Shown: piece by piece, positions 38,801-48,326 of the stretch
How positions within the stretch are numbered: position 1 is the first letter of the stretch
Layout of the letters: each line of letters starts with the position of its first letter
NCBI RefSeq assembly: GCF_001194135.2
Contig: NC_068982.1
Coordinates: 76,963,573 to 77,027,572, forward strand
Direction of reading: 5' to 3'
DNA from: Octopus bimaculoides
Lineage: Eukaryota
Length of the DNA stretch: 64,000 bases
Notes under the pieces: model-generated
The model's input: the letters and a program-made list of their open reading frames with translations, nothing else
Told to the model about the DNA's origin: nothing
Database searches by the model: none
Made by a program: the position numbers and the translations under genes

Positions 38801-41800
38801 TATAATTCAATAATGTTACTGGATCGATAATTTAAATCTGAATGAGAGGAAGTCAAATAAATAAATTAATTAATGAGGAAAAAAATGTTTTTATAAAATG
38901 TTTTATTTATTAAGTGATAATAGTTTATGTTTTTGCAAATGTTGTATTACTAGAGCTGAATTAAATTCAATTATTTTGTTTTTATTATTATTATAGCATG
39001 AGGATTATCCGGAACTAGAACTTGGTGAACACAGTATATTTTATAAACTTGGACAAAGTGGACTAATCTCCTTCTCTGATTACATCCTGTTGCTGACTGT
39101 ACTATCAAGTAACTCGATCCATTTTCTTCACTTCATATTTTATATCATAATCTTTTTTTTTTCATTCATAGTCTGGTTGTTTGTTTGAGCTTTTATTATT
39201 TTTTTATTTCTGTCATAAAATCATTGTCCCTAAAGACTATCTTTCAATGGATCAAACAGGTAGAAGTTGGAGGACACCAGATCCAGGCCACTGTCCATTG
39301 CCTAGTCTGTGGCCAAAGTTGTGTGCTCTCACACAAATGGGGATCGTTTTCAGATACTTGTTCTGTCTCTTCCTCTGAATGACCTCTCTTAGTTTATTGA
39401 TGTATCACTTACTGCTCACAATACAGCTATATTCCACAAAAATGAAAGAGAACAATGCCCTTGTCATTCCAGCAAACAGTCTCCATGATTTTCTAAGCTG
39501 ATTACTATCTCCTGAACTTCAGCTTTGGAGAAAAGGTGGAATGCCATTCCCTAGACTGAGCCTTTATTTCTTGATCATGAAGATATAGCCATTTTTCATT
39601 CTTACCAGGTCAGAAAACAAAAACCTATCCTTATTGGCTTTAGACAATCCTAGCAGTTCAGAACAGACTCCCACCTTTTTCTTCTTCGAATTGAATGCCA
39701 TCTGCCAAGTTACCCAGTTTGCATATACCTTTTGATACCCAGAGTCTTCTATTGTGGCCAGTGAACAGATTGTGACTCATCTGCCACACCAATCAGTTTG
39801 AACACTTGCTGACAATCACAGTTGAGGGTTTCCCAATGCATAGATTGTCTTCAAACTGTGCACATTGCCTTCTACATCTGCCAAACAACCTGTACCCCTC
39901 CTTCATCAAGAACTTGACAGCGTATAGCTTATGTTCACATTATTAGCATGCAAGGAAGACGAACAGGAAGAAAAGTTACTCTACCAGTATGTGCAAGTTG
40001 AACAACCTATTGCTATTAATGGAAAAGTTATGCCCACTTCCAAGACAAACCTCATGTGTCTATACACAAGATAAGTTTTGATAATCTATTATTTATTTAT
40101 TTATATTTGCCTTGATCTGTAATAAAATCACCTTTGATCTCATCCTTTAACATATGCTCAATAGCTACAACCAGAAATTCTACTTAACTCCTGTACATAT
40201 ATAATTGCTATGTTTTATATTTGTTACCCACTGTACACACTCTTTGGTCTATTTTGACTCAGTAACTTTATTTATCCTGATTAATACACTTTCTCTCATA
40301 ATAATTTCCACTCAATACGTGTCTTTGATAAAACAGAGTTAAAACATTTCATCTATAACAAATAACAACTGTAATGTTAACATTACAACAAACACTCGTC
40401 TAACATACTGGTTGTGTTAGACTATTGAAGTGTGTTATCATGAAAACACTGCCAAATCAAAATTTCCAAAAGATTCCCAATATTATGAATTACTTTAATA
40501 AGCCCTGCGGTGTTAAAATGTTGCTCACGAATTTTCATTAATGATTCTTTTATCCTCTTGTTAGCTAGAGTGGTATACAGCTACATAGACTGTTGTAGTG
40601 GCATAGAAGAAACTAGGAAAAGTTGTAGCTTGTTGATCAGTGTATGTTCTATATTTTGAGTGAGAAAAATAATTCCAAAATATCATATAGAGGGACATGA
40701 ATTTGCAACCCTTTAGTTAGTAATTTAATATTTTATACACACATCTGCTACACACACACACACATCCTGAATCAAAAATTTCTTATATCTTTTCAGCACC
40801 TCAACGAAATTTTGAAATTGCTTTCCAAATGTTTGATTTAAACGGTGATGGTAACGTTGATGCTGAAGAATTTGAAAAGGTTTTCCTTTTTTAATTTTAA
40901 ATCTTTATCTGTTTATTTATTTTTGTTAACATTCCTTTTATAACATTTCACTTTAGGTGACATTGTCACATCTATATTTTGCCTCATCTTGGTGCTATAT
41001 TGCTTGACTTCTTCCACTATATCCCTATCTATTTCTATCATTGACCATCTCTCTCACAAACCTCACACTTTCCATCATCACCCTATTTTTCATCCATCTA
41101 CAGTTAGAAAACAGTCCCTGTAACAGATTTCTGTGCAGCTTCTGTCTACCAAATTTCATCCTTTAATCTTTAAGTACATGGCCAAAGTGCTGTACAGTGG
41201 GATTGAACCCAAAGCAACGTACATGTGAATAAACATCTTAACTACTCAGACATACCACAGGTTTTATATGGTTTTGTTGTCATTTAAATTGGTTCCTGCA
41301 GTGTCTGTTTTTTAATGTTGGAACATCTATGTATATTTAGGAGGAATTTCATGTTTGGATGCTCTTCCTGTTGCAACCGTTACCTGTTTTCATGCAAAGA
41401 TTTTTTTTTATTGTTTAAGGACTTGAAAGTGCAGAGCAACCAGTCATAATGTAAACATCATCATCAGTTCACTAAAGTGATAATAAGCATGTCTCTTTAT
41501 CATACTTTAACCTTTCACTGCCTGACATAAAGCCACTTGCCTCTCTTCTGCAACCTCACTCAGTTGAGGGCTCTTTTTCTTTCTCTTGCAAATTACTCAG
41601 CAACCTCAAGAGTGCCAATGTCACAAAAATAGCACCCAGTACAATCTGTACAGTGGTTGGCATTAGGAAGGGCACCTAACATTAGAAACCATTCCAAAGC
41701 AGTCCTGCAACTGATTGGATTCTGTCAAACCATCCAACTCATGCCAGCATGGAATGGAAGATGATATGCAAAGGATTATCTGCAGTTGTTCCCATCTACC

Positions 41801-44800
41801 AAATTTCCTCCAAGGCAAATGGTTGGTTCACGGTTATAGTAAAAGACACTTTCCAAAGGCACCACACACAGGAACTGATCCCGAATCCACATGATTGTGA
41901 AGCAAACTTCTAATCACACAGCCATGCCTGCACCTACTATGGCACATCTCATTTAGTCGAACTGCATCAGTGTCTTTTGTCTTCTCTGCTGTTCAATCTC
42001 TTGATGTGGTGGTTTGCATATCTCATACCACATGTAGTCCTTCTCTGTCTATCTTCTCTTCTCTTTCCAGGTTCAGCAAATCGTAATGAATCAAACTAGT
42101 ATGGGGATGCGACACAGGGACAGATCAACAACCGGGAATGTCAACAAAGGGGTCAGCTCTGCTTTGTCGACCTTCTTCTTTGGTCCAGATGCTAAGAAGA
42201 AGTTAACTGTTGAAAACTTCCTTGACTTCCAGCTACAGCTACAGCGAGAAATCTTGCAAATTGAGGTATTATTGAAATCCAGCTTTCCTTGATGACATGG
42301 GGAAGGAATGGCTACTTTTAAATCATTGAGCACAAAAATGTAACTCTAAATAGCTTAAAACATTTATATTTGCAATCATGAAGTTCTGAGCTTCACCCTG
42401 GGCTACAGAAAGTTGTATTTGTTCGTTTTTACATCCACTTTTTTATGCTAGCATAGATGACATGATTATTGGGGCACTGTTTAAATATTCAAATGCTTTT
42501 CCTGTTGCTAACCTGCATAATGAATCCCATATTGCACTTAACTTCAAAGGCATAAAGCTAGCAAATGATGATTTGATGGCGGATGGTGGCTAATAACCAC
42601 AATGTCACTGGTAACTGAGCAATTTATCACAAAATCTGTTGTTTAATGATTAACAACTGAGACATTCATTCTAGAAAATCACAGAAGACTTAGTTATTTG
42701 CCTGGCTCTAAGGGACACTAGGCATGTCAGAGTAAATTTTGAATTCATTATTAGCAGCACTTTGTCCTTTCAGCCTGTGCTAATTGTCTTTGTTTATTAG
42801 AAAATGAGAATTTACATTATTCTGTTCATTGTCGTTTAACATCCACTTTTCCATGTTCACAAGGATTGGCTAGAATTTGTTGGGGCAGATGCCTTTCGTG
42901 TTGCTAACCTTCATCTGTTTCCAAGTAACATCACTTGGCCACTGTCATGTGATATCCAGACAAGGGTGCACACAAACACATATATATATGAAACAATGGG
43001 CTTTTTTCAGTTTTTATTTGCGAAACCCACTCAAGGCTTTGATTACCTGAGCTTGTAAAAGACACTTGCCCAAGGTGCTGCACAATGGGACCAAGCCAAA
43101 GATATGGTGAAGAAGCAACACATCCATTCTAGAAATGACAGGATTTAGTTACTTGCCTTGCTCTAAGGGACACTAGGCTTGAATTCTGATGAACACTAAT
43201 CTTTTATCTAATGCTGATTGTTTTTGTTATTTAGAAAATGAGGATATACATTATTTTGTTGCCTAAGTAAACAGTTTATTATATTCCCACAGTTTGAACG
43301 GTTTGTTACTGAACCAGGACCCAATGCTACAATTAAAGAAAAAGAATTTGGTGCCATTTTGTTAGCTTATGCTGGGCTTCCTGATAACAAGAAGGTTCGA
43401 ATGTTAAAACGAGTCAAGAAAAGTTATAAAGACCACTCCAAGGTAAATCATCATTGTTTTAATATTTACTTTACCATGCACGCATGAGTTGGAATTCATT
43501 AAGGCAGATTTGCCATGGTTACATGCTCCTCTTTGTTAGCAACCTTCACTTGCTTCCAAGATCAGACTTGTTCACAGAATATTAGAAATGAACGAGACTA
43601 TTTGGAGAAGTGACACTCATTTGCAACTGTCAAGACAAGGAAACATAAACATGTGTGCACATGAGAGGCATCTTTCAGTTTCCATCTACTAAATCTACTC
43701 ACAAGGCTTTGGTTGGCCAAGGACTATAGTACACAACACTTGCCTAAGGTACCACACAGGGGAACTGAGCCCAAAACCATGTAGTTGCTAAGTGAACTTC
43801 TTTGCCATTCCTGCATATATATTCCTACATATACACACCTTGGCATTTTCTCAAAGTAGATCACATTTACTCACAGCTATTAATATTTGGATCATTAAAG
43901 GTGTTGAGTTGCCAAAATTGTCAATGTTCTGCAATATTTCATTTGGTCCCTTATATTTAGAGTTCAAACCCTGCCAATGAAGGTTGGGAATGCAAGTACT
44001 ATTCAAGCACTGCAATCAATGGTATGTACTAAACCATCCTCCGCTCAAAATTGCTGTTTAAATTAAAAATAATCATTTGGATCATTTCAGGGTATTACCT
44101 TAAATGAATACATTGATTTTTGGAAGTTTCTGAAAAGCATCAATGATGTTGATACAGCTCTAAGCTTCTATCACCTTGCCGGTGTTTCAATTGACAAAGG
44201 TAAGTTTTTGTTTCATTACCCCTTTTCATATACTGACTTCAGTTACCAGGTTGTTATGATACAAACTCCCCATTTTATTTTAAAGTAATCTGAATTAAAA
44301 CCTTCCATAAAAACTTATGCATAAATTTAAGTTTCAATCAAACACCAACTTAACTAAATTCTTTGTTCATCTCAGAATCTGAAACAAAGGCATATTTTGA
44401 TAAAAATATATAACAAAATTAAGCTCCAGAAGTTGCAACTTTTTATTGTGAATAAGTCTAGCATGAGAAATAAGTGTAGGGGAATGGGGATAACATTTTA
44501 TATACTGGAGCAGCGATATTAAGGTAAGGTTTATATGAAAATACTTAATCCTGTGCAGTAAGTAAAACAATGAGCTTAGATACTTAAAAAATATTCTCCA
44601 TAATATGCTATCTGGGATTTCTACAATTATAATTAGAATCTTACATGGATCAGATGAAATTCATTGAAGCAGATTTTCTACAGCTTAATACCCTTCTTTG
44701 TTGCCAACCCTCACCCATTTCCAAGCAATGTAATACTACTAATCAAATTTTCATAGGATTAGGAATAAAGGACACTGTTTACAATTACATATGGCAGACT

Positions 44801-46055
44801 TCTTTCAGTTTTTTCCTCTCCCAAGGCTGTAATAGAACACAATGGCCTAGTGTACCATGTGACAAGACTGAACCCTAAAACTTGTGGCCATGCATGCACC
44901 TAAATCTTTGAAAGACCAGAACTGATTGACACAAGTACAATATTTAAGGTATAATACCATGGGGGGAGGGGCTTAGTTGATGTAATCAACTCCAGTGTGT
45001 AACTGATACTTCATTAACCCTGAAAGACAAATGAAATATTGTTAAACATCTTGTCTGACTAACTAGTAATTCTGGCTGCAAGAGATTTTGAGATTAAATA
45101 ATCAGTAAAGCCATTGTGTGTATAGTTTCAAAATCAAAGCCTAGCTAGCATCTCTGGGCTTTGACCTGCCTACAAGTTCACTGTTTGGCTAAGATTTAAA
45201 ATATCACAAGGATATCCGATTGCACAACAATTTTTCAAACAAGTTTAAACCTACTCTGAAATCCTTATAATTCCAGGATTTTAGTGTTAAAAAAAATCCA
45301 TAGCAATTTAATGAATATGTTGCCACTTCAGAAACCAACCCCACATGGAGGGGGGGAGGGGGGTCTGAAGTTTTGTTAGAGTTTGGGACAATATAACTTA
45401 ATTCCCTTAAAAAGAAAAAAAAGTCCCACCCCTAAAATTTTTACCAAAGCCTAATAGTTACAGCACATGTGCATAAGTTACTTTACTGCCACAAAGTAAC
45501 CAAGAACTATTATCACTCATTTTTGTTATGTATTAATGAATAAATCTAATTACATTCTTTTTTCAGAAACCTTGAAACATGTTGCCAAGACAGTGGCTAA
45601 TGTCCAACTAACAGATCATCTTGTGGATTTGGTTTTCACTATATTTGATGAAAACAGTAAGTTTTGTTTGGGTACCATGTCACTAACTCTTTAGAATTCA
45701 GATTACTTTGCCAAATGTAATATTCACATAGATTTAATTAGAATAAGATGACTCAGCTTAAAAATTTCAGTGACTTTTTGTTATTTTTTATAATGGCATC
45801 CGTAGGTGTGAGGTTGGAATGTTTTAGCCAGTTTAAATTCAAATGATGCATTATGTCCATATTTTAAATGCCACTCTAGACAAAGCTTTTTTTTAAATTG
45901 CAGATGATGGTCAACTCAGCAACAAAGAATTTGTGCACGTTATGAAGCAACGAGTAATGCGAGGGTTAGAGAAACCAAAAGACACAGGTTTCGTAAAATT
46001 GATAAACGCAATGATCAAATGTGCAATTTATCAAACTACAAGCATGTTTGATTAG
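3627..46055 (+). CDS. MICU1: Mitochondrial calcium uptake protein 1 (EF-hand gatekeeper of MCU), spliced gene span; 11 coding exons, 1665 nt, 554 aa
   Basis: Exons join in frame through GT-AG introns. They give hallmark MICU1 motifs: [68 protein letters not shown] (EF-hand), [21 protein letters not shown] (EF-hand), [12 protein letters not shown] and a C-terminal Cys. Confidence 0.97.
5303..5441 (+). CDS. MICU1: MICU1 exon 2 (acidic tract plus poly-Lys)
   Basis: ctacAG acceptor, AAG|GTCAGT donor; encodes DGDDKH...[18 protein letters not shown]. Confidence 0.93.
5551..5764 (+). mobile_element. Degenerate piggyBac-type MITE
   Basis: TTAA|CCCATTTGTTAC ... GGTAACAAAGAG termini; related to the copies at 32761 and about 34995-35368. 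Confidence 0.5.
6492..6657 (+). CDS. MICU1: MICU1 exon 3
   Basis: ttccAG acceptor, ATG|GTAAGG donor; encodes [25 protein letters not shown]...PGVKQPD. Confidence 0.96.
6692..7140 (+). mobile_element. Two tandem tRNA-derived SINE copies (AAGGTGGCAAGCTGGC... family) with (ATT)n tails
   Basis: Repeated head with A/B-box-like GCAGAA...GAGTTCAAATTC. Further copies near 37780, 38225, 38390 and 60990. Confidence 0.65.
8154..8191 (+). CDS. MICU1: MICU1 exon 4 (38 nt)
   Basis: ttccAG acceptor, AAG|GTAAGT donor; encodes [13 protein letters not shown] and ends in phase 0. Confidence 0.93.
13031..13042 (+). CDS. MICU1: Candidate MICU1 alternative microexon A (12 nt, KDSL; 9 nt DSL through a NAGNAG acceptor)
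   Basis: Long pyrimidine tract ...tcatctctttttgcctttAG|AAGGATTCATTG|GTGAGT. Phase 0, multiple of 3, no stop. Confidence 0.6.
13965..14141. repeat. Fold-back element (MITE-like hairpin, ~80 bp arms)
   Basis: 13965-13995 is the exact reverse complement of 14111-14141. Imperfect complementarity continues inward to a ~20 nt loop. Confidence 0.8.
17729..18110 (+). mobile_element. 3' remnant of an RLE-bearing non-LTR retrotransposon (HERO/R2-like)
   Basis: Reads [29 protein letters not shown]...[15 protein letters not shown], typical of the restriction-like endonuclease C-terminus. The stops fall where Trp is expected in this family. Confidence 0.65.
18395..18650 (+). mobile_element. Young CpG-rich SINE/RTE-tail repeat ending GGACGTTAAACGATGATGAT
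   Basis: Shares its 3' tail with the RTE element at 19398 and with many degenerate copies (for example near 2770, 6090, 9185, 15355, 36820, 41600, 58390, 61510, 63225). Confidence 0.8.
19398..21600 (-). mobile_element. RTE-clade LINE, decayed, with the RT core deleted
   Basis: Minus-strand fragments: APE endonuclease ([25 protein letters not shown]...HTSQINYIL), RT start ([18 protein letters not shown]), then a jump at about 19770 to the ORF C-terminus and the (GAT)n tail. Confidence 0.88.
22588..22862 (-). mobile_element. Young SINE/RTE-tail repeat, inverted relative to the 18395 copy
   Basis: CATCATCGTTTAACGTCTGCTTTCCATGCTAGCATGGGTTGGACGATTTGACTGAGGACTGG is the near reverse complement of 18580-18650. 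Confidence 0.82.
22981..23480 (-). mobile_element. RTE/BovB-like LINE 3' fragment
   Basis: ORF 22981-23208 contains [21 protein letters not shown], resembling the RTE ORF C-terminal motif. Confidence 0.5.
25652..25669 (+). CDS. MICU1: Candidate MICU1 alternative microexon B (18 nt, NPRTPK)
   Basis: tttttctgcttttatttacttccttaatcAG|AATCCTCGGACACCGAAG|GTAAGT. Consensus donor, long AG-free upstream zone, phase 0, in frame. Confidence 0.68.
26340..26385 (-). ncRNA. Minimal type I hammerhead ribozyme motif in the Penelope pLTR (copy A, antisense to MICU1)
   Basis: GACAC-CTGAAGA-A-GGCTG-gagggtatat-CAGCC-GAAAC-tttgtgat. Catalytic core and stem II are intact; the cleavage triplet and stem I 3' strand are diverged. 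Confidence 0.72.
27556..27660 (+). mobile_element. tRNA-derived Pol III cassette (A box and B box) with (AAT)n tail inside the Penelope pLTR; mirror copy at about 26425-26532 on -
   Basis: TGGCGTAGTAGTTAAG (A box-like) ... GAGTTTGATTCC; the other copy reads TAGTTCGATTCC (B box). Confidence 0.65.
27701..27746 (+). ncRNA. Minimal hammerhead ribozyme motif in the inverted pLTR (copy B, sense to MICU1), core mutated
   Basis: GACAC-CTGAAAA-A-AGCTG-gagggtatat-CAGCC-AAAAC-GTT-GTGTT. Stem I and the palindromic AACGTT are retained; G8 and G12 are A. Confidence 0.68.
31540..31900 (+). mobile_element. tRNA-headed SINE: head, core, (TG)n, RTE-type tail
   Basis: TGTGGTT...AACCATGTGG...TTCAGCCCCACTGC head, GACCAAAGCCTTGTGAGTG core and GGGCATCCAGCTGTAGAAA tail. 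Related heads near 23797, 32070, 33215, 51760 and 62815. Confidence 0.7.
32761..32979 (+). mobile_element. piggyBac-type MITE
   Basis: TTAA|CCCTTTTGTTAC ... GTAACGAAAGGG|CTAA: 12-bp TIRs with a TTAA-like TSD. Confidence 0.75.
35092..35368 (+). mobile_element. piggyBac-type MITE with an internal ~65 bp subterminal duplication
   Basis: ATAA|CCCTTTTGTTACC ... GGTATCAAAAGGG|TTAA. The internal repeat CATAGAACCAG...GCAGGTTGGT.TCAAAAGG occurs twice. Confidence 0.65.
38997..39108 (+). CDS. MICU1: MICU1 exon 5
   Basis: ttatAG acceptor, CAA|GTAACT donor; encodes [37 protein letters not shown]. Confidence 0.95.
39170..40070 (-). mobile_element. Fossil mariner (DD34D-type) transposase in MICU1 intron 5
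   Basis: My manual minus-strand translation across frameshifts gives GKNEKWLY...QSREW...SPKLKF...[13 protein letters not shown] and [17 protein letters not shown], matching the mariner TGDEKW, VFWD and SPDLAPSDFYLF motifs. Not in the ORF track. Confidence 0.7.
40797..40879 (+). CDS. MICU1: MICU1 exon 6 (EF-hand 1)
   Basis: tttcAG acceptor, AAG|GTTTTC donor; encodes [28 protein letters not shown]. Confidence 0.96.
42071..42265 (+). CDS. MICU1: MICU1 exon 7
   Basis: ttccAG acceptor, GAG|GTATTA donor; encodes [18 protein letters not shown]...REILQIE. Confidence 0.96.
43293..43442 (+). CDS. MICU1: MICU1 exon 8
   Basis: ccacAG acceptor, AAG|GTAAAT donor; encodes FERF...[10 protein letters not shown]...KDHSK. 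Confidence 0.95.
44091..44199 (+). CDS. MICU1: MICU1 exon 9
   Basis: tttcAG acceptor, AAG|GTAAGT donor; encodes GITLNEY...[20 protein letters not shown]. Confidence 0.96.
45567..45656 (+). CDS. MICU1: MICU1 exon 10
   Basis: tttcAG acceptor, ACA|GTAAGT donor; encodes [30 protein letters not shown]. Confidence 0.96.
45904..46055 (+). CDS. MICU1: MICU1 exon 11 (last coding exon, stop TAG 46053-46055)
   Basis: ttgcAG acceptor; encodes [30 protein letters not shown]...[17 protein letters not shown] lies near 46225. Confidence 0.96.
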
Positions 46056-48149
46056 TCTTTTTACACTTTACAACATTTAATGCTAATTTTGTTTTTCAGC
46101 TAAAACTTTTACATTAAGTTTATCTTATTTCACCTTACAGTCCTAAAAACATCACTAACAACTGCATATGTTCCTGCATTTACTTTGTAAATAACTTTAA
46201 GTTGAAATATGTTGATTTGTTTAAATAAAAACTTTTTACAAACAAGGAAAGACTGAATTCATTTCTAATCTAATGTTTATATAAGTAAAGGATCACATTT
46301 CAATTACTGGGTGCAGTCATCTGGATACACTTTCTTTGGGACGAGATCTGCAACTTATGATTTCATACTTTGTTTAAACCATTAATTGAAATTTTAACTT
46401 CTGGATCTTCATTCATCACAGGACATACAATTGCTATCCGTAGAGATACCAAGCATTATATCTCAACAAAATACCTAGCATAGGATGAAGCTTTTGCCCT
46501 GGTAATTTTCCAAGTTATAAAAACCCTATAATTGCTTTTGTGTACGGTGAAAAGACTTCATCTGTAGTATATGTACAAATGTTTTATTTCATCAAAAGCA
46601 ATTTCAGCCTAACTGTTGGTACAACCTTGTTCGCACCTGATATATCTATAAACAAAATAAGATTGTTCCATCATATTGCAATTAGTTTTCCCTGTTAAAT
46701 CTTTTCTCCAAAGTGTCTCTAAGTCCTTCTGTAACTGTTAGAAATCTTTCAGTGCCAAAGTTCTTTATATTTTGAAGACCTTCCCTATCAGAAGATCAAA
46801 GTCATCTATTTGTTACATGCTTCAGATGTTCTGTATTATAGACATTCAAAATTTGTCACCTGGTTAAGGCAATATGAATTCACAAAACTACCAACTTTAT
46901 ATGCATGTAGTAAACTTGTACAGCTAGAAAAATTCCATTTTCTTAGCAATAAAAAGATGTATCATCCAAGCTGCTGCATAAAAATCTGCAATTTCAAAGA
47001 AATTACCATCCACCTAAGCTCAATATATGATCCAACTCTTTCCTATTCATATTGGATGACTTACAATAGACTTCTGCTGTTGAGTATAAGTACCTTGAGA
47101 CCAAATACATAGCTAACTCCTTAGTCAACCATTCTTGTCCCAACATTTAGCTAGATACAAAACCCATATTACATGCAATGCTCATGTCTGCCAAGAGTTT
47201 AGTCAACATTCAAATATACATTTCAAACTCCAGTTAATAACACAAAACTCATTCAATAGTAAAAGCCTTTATACATAAAAGATGTTACATTGAAATTTCT
47301 AAAGTGATATTATCTAGCAATTAGGAAAAACAATTGTTCATAGAATGGTGGTGATGAAATACTTGAGGTGTGAATTGTTTTAAAGCAGAGCCAGTGGCAT
47401 ACAGTATCATCAAAAAAGTTTGCTTTTTATTTTTTTTTTTAAGTTGCACAATATTTAGCAACACTACCACCTAATGCCAAAAGCTACCCCCAACTGGATG
47501 GATGATTCTTAATGCATTAAAAAGAAAACTGCATTTAAGATCCATGGTAAAATCCTTAGTTTCCTCCTCGTCTATGAATTTAATGATTATGAAATTTGCT
47601 ATAGAATCTGAAACATAACTTTACCATGAATTCACTTATTTGAAAGTCTTATTCAAAAAATGCTTTCTTCAAATGATGATGCATTGATGTAAAATTGATT
47701 TTAGGCTTAGAATCTACTCCGCAATGTTGTCATGTTCATAAATTCTCCATTGTCAAGCTTCATGTAGAGCAAGANNNNNNNNNNNNNNNNNNNNNNNNNN
47801 NNNNNNNNNNNNNNNNNNNNNNNNNNNNNNNNNNNNNNNNNNNNNNNNNNNNNNNNNNNNNNNNNNNNNNNNNNNNNNNNNNNNNNNNNNNNNNNNNNNN
47901 NNNNNNNNNNNNNNNNNNNNNNNNNNNNNNNNNNNNNNNNNNNNNNNNNNNNNNNNNNNNNNNNNNNNNNNNNNNNNNNNNNNNNNNNNNNNNNNNNNNN
48001 NNNNNNNNNNNNNNNNNNNNNNNNNNNNNNNNNNNNNNNNNNNNNNNNNNNNNNNNNNNNNNNNNATATCAAGCAGAAAATTTTAAATAATGTTATAAAG
48101 GATTTTTTTCTATATATATATATATATAAAAAAAGAAATTAATACTTAC

Positions 48150-48326
48150 TACCACCATAATTATTCATTCCGCCACCACCTCCCATTCCTCCACCACCCA
48201 TTCCACCTCCAATTCCTCCAAAGCGGCCACTGCCCATGGGGCCGTCACCATAGCCACCACCAACACCACCACCATCACCACGGCCATCAGGAGTAGAGTT
48301 CAAGAAGAGCTCTATGTAACGATCCT
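48150..48326 (-). CDS. HNRNPF/H: hnRNP F/H coding exon 8 (end of qRRM3 plus Gly-rich tail)
   Basis: cttTAG acceptor, GTA|GTAAGT donor; encodes [21 protein letters not shown]...GGMNNYGG. Confidence 0.92.
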
